Below, in pieces: positions 20,044-30,207 of a stretch of 64,000 nt of DNA. Positions within the stretch are counted from its first letter, which is position 1, and each line of letters begins with the position of its first letter. This DNA comes from an uncultured virus (IMG/VR IMGVR_UViG_3300002835_000011). Lineage: Duplodnaviria; Heunggongvirae; Uroviricota; Caudoviricetes. The stretch is from the IMG/VR virus record IMGVR_UViG_3300002835_000011; one strand, given 5' to 3'. Position numbers and translations under genes: made by a program. The notes beneath the pieces are model-generated. The model was not told where the DNA came from and ran no database searches. It was given only the letters and a program-made list of their open reading frames with translations.

Positions 20044-20406
20044 CTACATGAACCATCCGGATTCTATTCTTTTATTTCTAAGGTGAGCTTCTTTCTTTGC
20101 TTCTTCCTCAATCTCTCTTGCTATCAAGTCTCTAACCGATGCTATCTTATCACAAAGACCGAGAGCCATATTCATATTTTCAAGTTCTTCTAGCTGATCG
20201 ATCTTTCTTTGAATATGAGGTGGATAAACCTTTTGTATGTGTAGCTCTTCAACGTGTGGATTCTCACCGAAAGATACCATTCTTCCAGTTATATCGTCGC
20301 AATCACATTCAAACATTTCTACGTATTGGAGCATACCTGTTAAATCACAAGATGCTAATTTCTTTACACTCTTCTTATCGTCCCCACAGTTTTTGCACTT
20401 TTTCAT
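20044..20406 (-). CDS. hypothetical Cys-containing protein
   Basis: CKNC...CDC. Confidence 0.75.
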   Translation of the reverse strand: MKKCKNCGDDKKSVKKLASCDLTGMLQYVEMFECDCDDITGRMVSFGENPHVEELHIQKVYPPHIQRKIDQLEELENMNMALGLCDKIASVRDLIAREIEEEAKKEAHLRNKRIESGWFM

Positions 20407-20475
20407 GTTCTTTATTTTTTTGGTTACTTAGCTAACATAGAAAATTCTACTTAATAAAAAAAATGATTTGTGGAA

Positions 20476-20994
20476 TTATCCTCTCTGTTCCGCCCAGGAC
20501 TGGTTGTCCCACTTCACCTCATCAATCGGATAAATGCAATTCAATTTCGAGTAATCTTTGGATTCCAGGTCCAATATTTCGTTTACCTCTTCTACGGAAT
20601 TACCAAGGATACCTACATATTTCTCTGCTTCACTTTCGGAGTAGCCCATCTCTTTCAAGTTGCTTAACTCGTCCAATTGCTTGTCCATCCATTCGGGGTT
20701 CTGCCAATTTTGTAATCTTTCGTGTTTTATAATGCGAGCTTCCATCTCCTGCATCATAGTAGGGATAAGTGAAGGATCAACGTCAAAGTAAAGGTTCGGT
20801 TTTTTTGATCCCTTTTCCTTATGGAATTTTTCGATTTCTCCTAGAGCACTATTTACGAGTTCTAGAGCTTTCTTTTTTTCGTCCAAAGTTTTTGCATCAT
20901 TCCAAGCGAATTCAGCTTCAATTAGATTATTTTCTAGCTCTTGTTCCTTAATTAATACAGGACTAGCTCCGTGAGGGTTTAAGTGGTTCTTCAT
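20476..20994 (-). CDS. hypothetical protein
   Basis: ORF track. Confidence 0.8.
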   Translation of the reverse strand: MKNHLNPHGASPVLIKEQELENNLIEAEFAWNDAKTLDEKKKALELVNSALGEIEKFHKEKGSKKPNLYFDVDPSLIPTMMQEMEARIIKHERLQNWQNPEWMDKQLDELSNLKEMGYSESEAEKYVGILGNSVEEVNEILDLESKDYSKLNCIYPIDEVKWDNQSWAEQRG

Positions 20995-21056
20995 ATTGAT
21001 TTATTATTGGTTACATAACAAATGTAGAAAATTCTACTCAAACAAAAAAATGATTT

Positions 21057-21251
21057 CTATAATAGTCCTCCCATTAGAGAAACTACCAACTTAGCTATAT
21101 CCTCCAAATCATTTCCCTCGTACCCATAGCTTTCAACCGTATCACGTGCTTCATCTAGAGTAATGCTACCGAAAGGCGCAAACTCACCATGCTCATCAGA
21201 AATATCATCCACGATATTCTGTGCTTCCAACATTTTTTCATCTTCACTCAT
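21057..21251 (-). CDS. small acidic protein
   Basis: ORF track, promoter upstream. Confidence 0.75.
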   Translation of the reverse strand: MSEDEKMLEAQNIVDDISDEHGEFAPFGSITLDEARDTVESYGYEGNDLEDIAKLVVSLMGGLL

Positions 21252-21448
21252 TTTTCCTTTTTTGTTTACTTAGCTAATATATAGAATTTTCTACAAATAA
21301 AAAAATGATTCTGAAGATTCCTGCTCTGGGGTTCCTCAGCAGATAATCCAGGGTTGCAGAAAAAATCTCAACACACAAAAAAAGGAGCATAAGCTCCTTT
21401 AGTGTAATTGTTTATTTTTTAATCTTCGTCTTCTAGTATTTTAATTAT

Positions 21449-21955
21449 CTAATCAGTGAGTATTTGAGTAAACCCACTAGATACGATCTTGAATTTCGCT
21501 CGTGTATACTCCACATCAGCATCTTTCCATTTATCTGAATCATTATATTCTTCCTCTGTAATTTCTTCGACATCTGTATAGAAGCTTGTACCGGAGTCCA
21601 TACCAGCCCCTTGCGGGTTTTCACAAGAACTATACCACTTTAAGTTGAATCCATTTTCCTCGATATATGACTTTAACGTATCAAAATCAAAGAACCCAGT
21701 ATCACTTGAGATACACTCTAAACTATTAGGATCATCAGATCTTATCTTAGCTATAAAATCTATCTCAACCCCTGTCTCCATATCATCTGCTCTATACCAA
21801 CACGTACTAATTATCCTATAGAATTTAGGTGCTTTGTCCTTCGATGATTCTACCACTACCGGTTCTTCTTTTTTTGCTACTCTAAATCCATCAGCTACAG
21901 ATTCTAGCAATTTTATTTGCTCTGGTGTTAGTCCTTCTAACGATAAATTTTCCAT
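21449..21955 (-). CDS. paralog of the C-terminal domain of 19050-19832
   Basis: shared motif and identical terminator GGAGCATAAGCTCC. Confidence 0.85.
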   Translation of the reverse strand: MENLSLEGLTPEQIKLLESVADGFRVAKKEEPVVVESSKDKAPKFYRIISTCWYRADDMETGVEIDFIAKIRSDDPNSLECISSDTGFFDFDTLKSYIEENGFNLKWYSSCENPQGAGMDSGTSFYTDVEEITEEEYNDSDKWKDADVEYTRAKFKIVSSGFTQILTD

Positions 21956-22130
21956 TTTAAATTATTTTATTTGGTTACTTAGCTAATATATGGATTTTTC
22001 TACAATAAAAAAAATGATTTCTGATCAGAACTCCTGGGGTTCCCCTGAGGCACGAATCGGGAATCGTTCGGAAACCTTAGCCCACAAAAAAGCCTGGGTG
22101 TTCACCCAGGCCGACGCGGATAGTATCCGA

Positions 22131-22451
22131 CTAATGATAAGGATCCAAGTCGGGATTCGGTATTAGTCCCCAGCTTTTTTCTGCTCCTGGGAGGCTTGTT
22201 AATTGAAGTTCCTTAACTGAACCTTTTAAGTGTACAAGAGCATCGATGTATTTTCCTCCTATAATAAGATCGTCAACTTCTTCTGCAACGTCTTCAGGAA
22301 TGTCAACAACATATACTACTGCATGTCTTTGACGATTAGCTCCAGCCCTAAGGTGAAGCATCATAGCTTTATTTGCATTTTCTTCAGAGGCTGGATCACC
22401 TTTAATAAAGCTTTCTATTCCGTGAGCATCTGCAATTCCGAAGTATTTCAT
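22131..22451 (-). CDS. hypothetical phage protein (GIAD.HGIESF...IPNP.LDPY)
   Basis: ORF track. Confidence 0.8.
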   Translation of the reverse strand: MKYFGIADAHGIESFIKGDPASEENANKAMMLHLRAGANRQRHAVVYVVDIPEDVAEEVDDLIIGGKYIDALVHLKGSVKELQLTSLPGAEKSWGLIPNPDLDPYH

Positions 22452-22549
22452 GGGCTGTTTTTTTATGTTAAGGCTAATGTAGAAAAAACTATTTGATTAA
22501 AAAAATGATTCCTCCTTCGCGTATACGCAAGGCCTCCGGGGTGGGACCC

Positions 22550-22747
22550 CTATCGTAATAGAGCCTTTAACTCCATCAGAGATAACTCCTGAGCTACTAT
22601 GATATCCGATAATCTCTTTTGTGGTTTGATATCGTAGCTTAAACGAAGCTGGTGTAGAAGCTCTTCGCAGTTTGCTACTGCACTACCGATTCTTTGGTTC
22701 AATTCATCTTGTGGGGTTACTTCCACTTCTTTTGTTTTAGGAGACAT
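22550..22747 (-). CDS. small helical protein
   Basis: ORF track. Confidence 0.7.
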   Translation of the reverse strand: MSPKTKEVEVTPQDELNQRIGSAVANCEELLHQLRLSYDIKPQKRLSDIIVAQELSLMELKALLR

Positions 22748-22809
22748 ATTATTTGATTTAATTGGTTAATGTAAATGTAGAAAATTCTATTTAAAGAAAA
22801 AAATGATTT

Positions 22810-23163
22810 CTAGATATCTCTAACTAATATAAGATGAAACTCTCCCTCGTGTAATCCTATGTACCATCCACAATTCAAATCGAAAATGTAAAGCGTACAT
22901 GCCTCTCCCTTATTTGAGTGTTTAATATCACCTCCTTTCATATCTGACATACCGGGCGTCCAGTACATTTTTTTCTTGAAGTTTCTTCCCCCTAAATTAA
23001 TCTTGTTCCCTTTGACGTAATACTTGTCGTGAAATTTTCTTAACTCTGGTATCGTAGATATTCTCCATCCGTCTTTACACAGCTTCTTAACATCTGCAAA
23101 TGTCATAGGATCTTTATACGAAAGATCATACTCGATATTATCTATGATCACTCTTGGTTCCAT
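22810..23163 (-). CDS. divergent DUF1566/Lcl-like protein
   Basis: GWRIST..EL...YW...LILVR. Confidence 0.55.
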   Translation of the reverse strand: MEPRVIIDNIEYDLSYKDPMTFADVKKLCKDGWRISTIPELRKFHDKYYVKGNKINLGGRNFKKKMYWTPGMSDMKGGDIKHSNKGEACTLYIFDLNCGWYIGLHEGEFHLILVRDI

Positions 23164-23342
23164 CCGATTCCTTCAAAATTAAGATTTCCCTTTTGTACCT
23201 CCTCCCATTCTCTTCTCACAGCTTCATCATATCGAGGGTGTTGTGTTTCCTCTTTCTTACAATTCATACAGATCATGTCCGTATTAAACATAGAACCTGT
23301 AGTGACACTAGTTTCGTTATGACATCTTTGACACTTGCTCAT
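23148..23342 (-). CDS. small Zn-finger protein
   Basis: CQRC...SMFNTDMICMNC. Confidence 0.75.
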   Translation of the reverse strand: MSKCQRCHNETSVTTGSMFNTDMICMNCKKEETQHPRYDEAVRREWEEVQKGNLNFEGIGWNQE

Positions 23343-23351
23343 GATATAGAG

Positions 23352-23600
23352 TTATTTATTAAGTATTATTGAAGCAAGAATACCGAAAGACTCAACGTAT
23401 CTAAAAGTCTTCGCATTAAAACTTAAATCCTCAAGAGGCTCCATTTTACCAATATAAGATTCACGATAAAGACGTACCGTCTTGATTGGTATGAATAAGA
23501 AGAAAAGTTTTACCGCTATCAAATCGGAGGTAGTGTATCCTCCTCTCTCATAAAAATTGAAGGATCCTTTTTTAATTCTTTTTAATTTTATTAATTTCAT
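23352..23600 (-). CDS. hypothetical protein
   Basis: ORF track. Confidence 0.65.
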   Translation of the reverse strand: MKLIKLKRIKKGSFNFYERGGYTTSDLIAVKLFFLFIPIKTVRLYRESYIGKMEPLEDLSFNAKTFRYVESFGILASIILNK

Positions 23601-23769
23601 ATTATAGTTGATTACAATATAAATGTAGAAAATTCTACATAAAGAAAAAAATGATTTTCTGATCAGAGTTCCTGGGGTTCCTCAGGGATTTTCCCATGGT
23701 TACGTGGGAAAACCTTACCCCACAAAAAAAGAGGACCAATGTCCTCTTTAAAAATGATAACCTTCCTTT

Positions 23770-23967
23770 TCAGACGTCCCAATCTATAACGTCATTATCT
23801 ACCTGAGCTTTTCGTTTCGTCTCTTCTTTCTTTTTGTCAGGGATAATAAAAGGGTAAGCTAGGCCAACTCCGAAAGATGCTAAAGAAGCTATTAGTGGAT
23901 ATTCCTGTAGGATAAATGCGATCCCGATTACAGCTAAAATGGAAATAATTAAATGATAGTTCTTCAT
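23770..23967 (-). CDS. small 2-TM protein
   Basis: hydrophobic ORF. Confidence 0.7.
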   Translation of the reverse strand: MKNYHLIISILAVIGIAFILQEYPLIASLASFGVGLAYPFIIPDKKKEETKRKAQVDNDVIDWDV

Positions 23968-24155
23968 ACACTTTCTTTTTTTGTTTTGTCGCCTGGAGCC
24001 TTACCAGACTCATCATGCCATCTCTCTGGTGACAATTAACAATGCCTAGCGGTTTTCATTTTTAGTTTTTTAACAACCCCCAGTAGCTAGCTGGGGGGTT
24101 AAGCGTTCATCCTGTGGAGTTAGTCGACTGTGTCCAGCAGGAGTGACGTTACTCT

Positions 24156-24404
24156 TTAATCCACCCAGATTTCCTGGGTTTCCGAAACGCTTCTCCAAGC
24201 TCCTTTTTCAAGGTCGTAGTAAGCAGTTTGAGCTCCCGAGACCTTTCCACCTTTAGGGTGATTTGCGTTTGGAATTCGACTAAGGTCCAAAGTTCCAATT
24301 GCTTCTCGAAGTTCTCCACCGACCTTACGGAAGTAGAATTTAAGCGATCCTGTTTTTAATTTCGTTTTTAAGTCCGAGTGACTAATCTTTGTTTTACTTG
24401 CCAT
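24156..24404 (-). CDS. SH3-fold / WYL_2 (DUF2693)-like protein
   Basis: F.F.K.GG.LREA.GT...YYDLEK..WRS. Confidence 0.8.
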   Translation of the reverse strand: MASKTKISHSDLKTKLKTGSLKFYFRKVGGELREAIGTLDLSRIPNANHPKGGKVSGAQTAYYDLEKGAWRSVSETQEIWVD

Positions 24405-24522
24405 ATCCCTTTCTTATTATATGCTAATGTAGAAATTTTGAGTTAGATAAAAAAATGATTTTTCAGATTTTTCTAAAGGAACCCAGGGGACGAAATTCCC
24501 CCGGGCCGCTTACATTAACCAA

Positions 24523-24960
24523 TTAATCATCGTCACTATCGTCGTCACTATCGTCGCTCTTCATAAGACCTTCCAACAAGTCTCGTAATTCCTTAGGCAT
24601 ATCGGATGCGTCAATAGCACCTCCGAAGATTGGACTTCCGTCCTTATTCTTGCCGATCTTCTTAGACATCGCCATAAGCGACATGACCAATTTAAGCTCG
24701 TCAAGCTTCTGGGTCATCATGGACTCGGTTCTGACGCACCCCATAATGAATCCGGACAAGATTAATTTTTTCTCGTAATCAGAAACCCTAAAGTTGGATT
24801 CGCCCAACTCCTCGTCTCTGACATCCTCCGCTGCGGCTTCCAAAGCTTCCGAGATAGTGTCGTACTCCTTGAGCTTACCGACGACAATTTCCTTTGCTGC
24901 TTCGAAGAAGGCTTCTTCCAGTCCGAGACCTTCAGTAACTGTTTGTGTTTTTTCTGACAT
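24523..24960 (-). CDS. acidic hypothetical protein
   Basis: ORF track. Confidence 0.8.
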   Translation of the reverse strand: MSEKTQTVTEGLGLEEAFFEAAKEIVVGKLKEYDTISEALEAAAEDVRDEELGESNFRVSDYEKKLILSGFIMGCVRTESMMTQKLDELKLVMSLMAMSKKIGKNKDGSPIFGGAIDASDMPKELRDLLEGLMKSDDSDDDSDDD

Positions 24961-25033
24961 GACTTAAAAGATTTAATTGGTTTATATAGCTAAAGTAGAA
25001 AATTCTATTTAAAGTAAAAAATGATTTTTGAAA

Positions 25034-25366
25034 TTATTCCAAAATTGTTTCATCAATTTCAAATCGAGCTATAGCATTAATTTGATCCGGGGTGAATCCC
25101 ATATCACGTAAAGCATTACGGAACGGAATCCAAACATTCTCTTCGGTGTCATCCTTACCGTCATAGTCATTGGTACTCCATACTCCAACTACAGCTTTAG
25201 ATCGCCTTACCAGCTTTAGCGGATCCTTGATTAGCTTTGACATCTTCATCGCCTTAGAAGTTGACGGAACAGCATCATCATAATCTGACGCAAGCCCTAG
25301 TGCTCTCTCGTAGTCCTTATTCTCTGGTTTTACTAAGGCTATAGGAATATCTATTACTATAAACAT
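25034..25366 (-). CDS. hypothetical protein
   Basis: ORF track. Confidence 0.75.
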   Translation of the reverse strand: MFIVIDIPIALVKPENKDYERALGLASDYDDAVPSTSKAMKMSKLIKDPLKLVRRSKAVVGVWSTNDYDGKDDTEENVWIPFRNALRDMGFTPDQINAIARFEIDETILE

Positions 25367-25376
25367 GGGTTTTTTT

Positions 25377-25712
25377 TTAAATTTTAATTTTTATACCGAT
25401 ATTATTCCTCAGCATCGATTCACCGTCCTGATCTCTGAAAAACCGATTCTCTAATTCTTTAGCTATCTTATTAAGGTCCGTTTCTAAAGAATCGTCTAGC
25501 TTTCTACCCTTCATTCCTTCTAAAGCTAGAGAGAATTCCTTATTAGCTTCACTGCAAAGATTATATTCGCTGGTGTATACGTATTCTAATTCCTTTAATA
25601 AATTATCGACTAGCTTTGGATCATCATCCTCGAATTTGAACTTATGCTTCGCTTCTAAAAAATCTTCGACACTTTCTTTAGTAAACGTGATTTTTAATTT
25701 TACCTTTCCCAT
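25377..25712 (-). CDS. hypothetical protein
   Basis: ORF track. Confidence 0.75.
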   Translation of the reverse strand: MGKVKLKITFTKESVEDFLEAKHKFKFEDDDPKLVDNLLKELEYVYTSEYNLCSEANKEFSLALEGMKGRKLDDSLETDLNKIAKELENRFFRDQDGESMLRNNIGIKIKI

Positions 25713-25883
25713 GATCTTCTTATTTGGTTACATAGCTAATATAGAAAAATCTACTTAAAGAAAAAAATGATTCTTGAATCAATCTTCCTGGGGTTCCTCA
25801 GAGAGTTTAGCATATGCTGCAAAACCTAAGCACACAAAAAAGCCTAGGATAAATCCTAGGCTTCTCTTTTTAATCAATCGGAC

Positions 25884-26321
25884 TTATAAACCAATAAACG
25901 GTCTGATTATACCTTCTCCCCAGTAATCCGTTCTGAAGTGTGTCATGAATATGTCTAATAATATTAGCATCGAAACAAGTGCGTCTAATACCTTTAGAGC
26001 CTTCACCGGAGTTCCTTCTCCGTAGCCTGCTTTCTTCATTCCCCTTCGGGTAAATCCAAAGATAAAACCGACTACTAATATTACAAGGAAAGACACCCAC
26101 TGCCATGCAAAAGCTATTCCTAGCATCGTCCATAAAAAGTAGGACATTTGTAGTAGAGCAAACATACACGATCCCGCCTTTTCACTAGATGGAGCGTCGG
26201 AGGTGTAGTAGTCTTTAGTGGAGATCCTGTTGATCCGAGCCAGCTCTTCACCTGGCTTTAGTAAGACATTAAGTTCGTAAAAGAAAAATACGATGGTCAA
26301 AAAGAAAAATAAACTCGTCAT
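25884..26321 (-). CDS. multi-pass membrane protein
   Basis: about 4 hydrophobic segments. Confidence 0.8.
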   Translation of the reverse strand: MTSLFFFLTIVFFFYELNVLLKPGEELARINRISTKDYYTSDAPSSEKAGSCMFALLQMSYFLWTMLGIAFAWQWVSFLVILVVGFIFGFTRRGMKKAGYGEGTPVKALKVLDALVSMLILLDIFMTHFRTDYWGEGIIRPFIGL

Positions 26322-26331
26322 AAACCCAGTT

Positions 26332-26607
26332 TTAATTTAAACATAAAGGAACATCGTTCTTAAAGTGGTCCGATACCTTCTTAACTCCCTTTCTCATCTC
26401 CAACTCGTTGAGATAATTGATAATGTGATCCGAAAAAAGCTTTGCCGTTTCAGGGTCACTCCCCGACATCAATACTAGCTTGAATGTCTCCGCAATAAAT
26501 TGGGTTTGCTGATCCTCAGTTGCATCACCCAATGCACTTGCTACTTTGACTAGCTCTGCGATCTTGTTTAAGATTTCGTGCTTTTTCTCTCTTTCCTCTT
26601 GGTTCAT
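26332..26607 (-). CDS. hypothetical protein
   Basis: ORF track. Confidence 0.75.
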   Translation of the reverse strand: MNQEEREKKHEILNKIAELVKVASALGDATEDQQTQFIAETFKLVLMSGSDPETAKLFSDHIINYLNELEMRKGVKKVSDHFKNDVPLCLN

Positions 26608-26675
26608 TTTTTAATGATTTAATTGGTTATCCTAAATATAGAAAATTCTAATTAATCTAAAAAATGATTTAGAGC

Positions 26676-26966
26676 TTATTTAAGCACGATAGATTTTGTT
26701 TCAACAATAGCGTCTCCCTCTTTTAAAAGCACCTTGTATGTACCCCTCTCTGAGACGTTCAGGTGGAACTCCCTGGCTTGCATCACAGGAGTATAGGGAA
26801 AGTATAGCTCGTTATCTTTTAGTACGGAGATAGAATCTACTTCTCTGTCCCAGGTAACACTTCCATATGCGTCGCATGGTTCCTTTGACGATTTGCATGA
26901 AGATACAATCGCTGATAGTAAACACAAGAAAAGAAGTATGAGTATTATTCTTCGGTTATCAGACAT
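26676..26966 (-). CDS. small lipoprotein
   Basis: signal peptide plus VSSC lipobox, then CDAY. Confidence 0.7.
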   Translation of the reverse strand: MSDNRRIILILLFLCLLSAIVSSCKSSKEPCDAYGSVTWDREVDSISVLKDNELYFPYTPVMQAREFHLNVSERGTYKVLLKEGDAIVETKSIVLK

Positions 26967-27005
26967 AATAGTTTTTCCGATTATAGATAAAACCACGGAA
27001 AAGTT

Positions 27006-27413
27006 TCAAAAGAGAGTAACACCCATTTTATTTCGGCTGAGCATAGCCTCGATTATCTCTTGCACCTTGTGGTACCTCCGTGTTTCAACTATTGTCTTTG
27101 AATCGATCCTTATCTTAAGTACTAAGCCACTGTGTACCGCTCGCCAGTAATCTAATTCGTGATCCGAGCCGCAAAATCCGAGCTTGTCTGAATTCTCTAT
27201 TGACGCTCCGCAGTAGTTACACCATCTTAGCTTTTCACCCTCCTCCTTAGGAATGTGTATGTTTTTCTCTTCTTCTGAATTTAGACCCGATGAGGTATTA
27301 GGAGATTTGCCTTCCTTTACCTTCTTTCTTTCTCTATAGGCTTTATCATTGCATCTTTTAGAGCAGTACATACCTTTCCTATCATGTTCTATCCCACATT
27401 GTACACATTGCAT
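27006..27413 (-). CDS. double Zn-finger protein
   Basis: CVQCG...YCSKRC; CNYCG...FCGSDH. Confidence 0.8.
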   Translation of the reverse strand: MQCVQCGIEHDRKGMYCSKRCNDKAYRERKKVKEGKSPNTSSGLNSEEEKNIHIPKEEGEKLRWCNYCGASIENSDKLGFCGSDHELDYWRAVHSGLVLKIRIDSKTIVETRRYHKVQEIIEAMLSRNKMGVTLF

Positions 27414-27746
27414 ATCTATATCAATAATTTTAAGATGTTATACTCTTCTTATAGAGCAAGAATAAGATAAAATTACAAGAAATAAAGAAGGTATTTTACT
27501 GAGGATCCCCAGGGATTTTCACATGCAGAGGAATTATTAGAGATAAAATAGTGGTTTTTGACCCCTTCGCGTACGTATACGCTAGCCCCCCTTCTAAGGA
27601 CCCCGTTAATTATTGTTTATTTTACGTATAAGACACTTTCGTCCATCAACCAATAATAACACTTATAACACACAAAAAAAGAGCCTAAACGATGTCTAGG
27701 CTCTTACTGGCAGTTTAACGAGTGGCAGTTTTTCTCGTTGTCTTTA

Positions 27747-27962
27747 TTATAACTCTTCGAGTACGTAATAGTTTCTTGTATTTTTCCGAAGTCGGAGAAC
27801 TTTACATTCTTTACCTTCGGAATTCATATGAACCTTGCCTGTTTCTTCGAATGTTACTGTTTCACCCTCTTTTAATCGTGTAATACCTTTTTCTTCGAAT
27901 TTAAGGCTAGCGTATAACTTAACTGACTCGGTTAATGTTACTGTTAATTTTCGATTCATCAT
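27747..27962 (-). CDS. small basic protein
   Basis: ORF track. Confidence 0.7.
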   Translation of the reverse strand: MMNRKLTVTLTESVKLYASLKFEEKGITRLKEGETVTFEETGKVHMNSEGKECKVLRLRKNTRNYYVLEEL

Positions 27963-27977
27963 CTCTTGTTTTTTAAT

Positions 27978-28208
27978 TTAAATTTGTCTGTAATTATTGA
28001 ATCCGTTCATTATATAAACTCTGGGATATCCCGATGTGTCGACGCCTTTTATAACTAGGTTATCTCCTTGCCAGTATGCGTCTTGAACTTGAAGAAATGA
28101 CGGATTGCCTGCTAAGCAATAACCGAACTGATTGTAATATAATCGAATGACGTTATTACTTTCTATTGTAGTTAATCCGTAATTTCTGCATTGTTCCCAG
28201 TTGCTCAT
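27978..28208 (-). CDS. hypothetical protein
   Basis: ORF track, promoter upstream. Confidence 0.75.
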   Translation of the reverse strand: MSNWEQCRNYGLTTIESNNVIRLYYNQFGYCLAGNPSFLQVQDAYWQGDNLVIKGVDTSGYPRVYIMNGFNNYRQI

Positions 28209-28275
28209 TTTTGTCCGGTTTTATACCGTAAAGGTAATAGTTTTTTCTAAAATAAAAAAATGATTTCGGATAATT

Positions 28276-28815
28276 TTAAGATATTTCTACAGCTACCACA
28301 GGTACGTCTACTATTGATCCGTCTGGACTACTACCACATATGACAACAACGTACTTATCCTTGATCGATAAGCTCCTATTGAATTCAGTAAATGATGGTA
28401 GTATTCGGGCTTTGTTTAAGGTGAACTCCGAATCGAAGTATTCCAATATGTTATCAAAGCTTTCCTTCTCCGATGCGTCCGATCCGAATAGTGCATTCTT
28501 CAGAACCATCTTTGCAAAGGGTGTTTCGTTATCAACAAATTGCTTGATTGCTAAACTCATGTTACCCGGATATTGTACTCCCATTACCGAAGTTATATGG
28601 ATATCCTTCTTTTCAAAAGTGCTAATGAGTTCCGAAACCTTGTAGGTTCCACCGAATTCTAGGCCGAGAGTATTAAAAATGCCTCGGAAAAAATCGTCTA
28701 ATGTACCACTAGAAACACCCACATCTATTATAGATAGGGCGTTCATTTTGTTCCGTGATGCGTCTCTATTACTTCTTTGGTTTGTTGATAGGCTTGGTGC
28801 CTTTAGAGATCTCAT
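28276..28815 (-). CDS. hypothetical protein
   Basis: ORF track. Confidence 0.7.
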   Translation of the reverse strand: MRSLKAPSLSTNQRSNRDASRNKMNALSIIDVGVSSGTLDDFFRGIFNTLGLEFGGTYKVSELISTFEKKDIHITSVMGVQYPGNMSLAIKQFVDNETPFAKMVLKNALFGSDASEKESFDNILEYFDSEFTLNKARILPSFTEFNRSLSIKDKYVVVICGSSPDGSIVDVPVVAVEIS

Positions 28816-28921
28816 AATAATTAAATTTCGTCTTCTTACTACCTTTACTTCCGCTCATTTTTTAATTGTTTTCCGATCTCACCCAAGATAGCTAAAAAAG
28901 CCGAACTAAAAAAACGATTTC

Positions 28922-29371
28922 TTAAATAATTCCGGTTCTATAAAAGAAAGCGTCCTTACTTTGAAGTCCCGAGGTCATTTTAAGAACATCGGCTACTTTT
29001 TTAATTCCATCGTTTATAGTACTAACTGAAGGAGGATAATTCTCCGCTTGATCCGCCATGTCGAAAGGCAATATCATTAATCTCGGAGAAAGAGCCGTTT
29101 CTGTCCAAATTTTAAAACACAATTCGACAACGTTATTCGGTGCTCTTTTCTTGATCTCCTCGACCAACTTCATTTGTTCCTCTATCTCCATAGGCGAAGC
29201 TTGAGAGTCCATGGCATCCATAACCTCTTCGATGTTGGGGTTATCCATAATGAAGTTTAAACCTCTCAGTGGACCATACATGTGATGTACCATTCCCATA
29301 AAGATTTTGCCTCCATTAGCATCCGCCATGTTCTTAATCTCTTCAGCAGCTTTATTTCTTTCTTCTGACAT
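28922..29371 (-). CDS. hypothetical protein
   Basis: ORF track. Confidence 0.8.
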   Translation of the reverse strand: MSEERNKAAEEIKNMADANGGKIFMGMVHHMYGPLRGLNFIMDNPNIEEVMDAMDSQASPMEIEEQMKLVEEIKKRAPNNVVELCFKIWTETALSPRLMILPFDMADQAENYPPSVSTINDGIKKVADVLKMTSGLQSKDAFFYRTGII

Positions 29372-29428
29372 ATCCTTTTTGATTACATAGCTAATATAGA
29401 AAATTCTAATTAAAGTAAAAAATGATTT

Positions 29429-30025
29429 CTAAGGATTTAAAAACAATCCCAATACAGAGCTACCATTTATTACATCATCGCTTAGCTTATCAGAGATACC
29501 TTCAGACAACTTATTCCATTCATCCGTAGACATTTTAGATTTAAACCAACACAAAGCTTCCCAATAATCTTTACCCTCTTTTATCATAATCTCATGGATC
29601 GCTGTTAGGGTTGTTGACGACACTCCTTGGTTCCTATGGAAATCGCAAGGGTGTTTCTGATTCTCAGTAGGAAAGCCATCAAGATTCGTAATTGAATTGG
29701 ATTGGCAATAGAAGTCACCTTTTACCTTACCAAGTTTTAAACCATGCAAGCTAGTCAATCCCAATCCAGAACAATTGAAATAACCGTTGACGTTTATTTT
29801 GCCATCTCTCCTAATGTGTATAGAAGCGTCAGTAGACATTGCTAAGATTTTTATTTGCATCTCAGTTAAATTCTCAGCTCCTTTCAAATCCTTTATGCTG
29901 TCTTTGAATGCTTGTACTCTAACCTCAGCTATAACCTCAATTATAGGATCTCTATACTGTTTAGGAAGCCAACGTAGCTCATTATATTCTTTTATCTTTC
30001 TTAATGATATTAATTCCTGTGGCAT
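29429..30025 (-). CDS. LRR-like protein (G.F.C..N.LTSL.G.P)
   Basis: repeat motif; paralog of 37630-38370; C-terminal GSSVLG tag. Confidence 0.75.
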   Translation of the reverse strand: MPQELISLRKIKEYNELRWLPKQYRDPIIEVIAEVRVQAFKDSIKDLKGAENLTEMQIKILAMSTDASIHIRRDGKINVNGYFNCSGLGLTSLHGLKLGKVKGDFYCQSNSITNLDGFPTENQKHPCDFHRNQGVSSTTLTAIHEIMIKEGKDYWEALCWFKSKMSTDEWNKLSEGISDKLSDDVINGSSVLGLFLNP

Positions 30026-30207
30026 ATCTTTTTGTTTTATTGGTTACATAGCTAAAGTAGAAAATTCTATATAAAGAAAAAAATGATTCTTGGTATCCAA
30101 ATCCCTGGGGTTCCTCAGAGATTTTCCCATGGTTACGTGAAAAAACCTTAGCCCACAAAAAAAGACCCGAAGGTCTTTTCTTGTATATGATGGATTTGGA
30201 TTGGATT

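Noticed and set aside
23985..24020. Hammerhead ribozyme (ATGATGAG-stem-CGACA on the minus strand)
   Set aside because: The core deviates from CUGANGA and GAAA, and stems I and III were not found.
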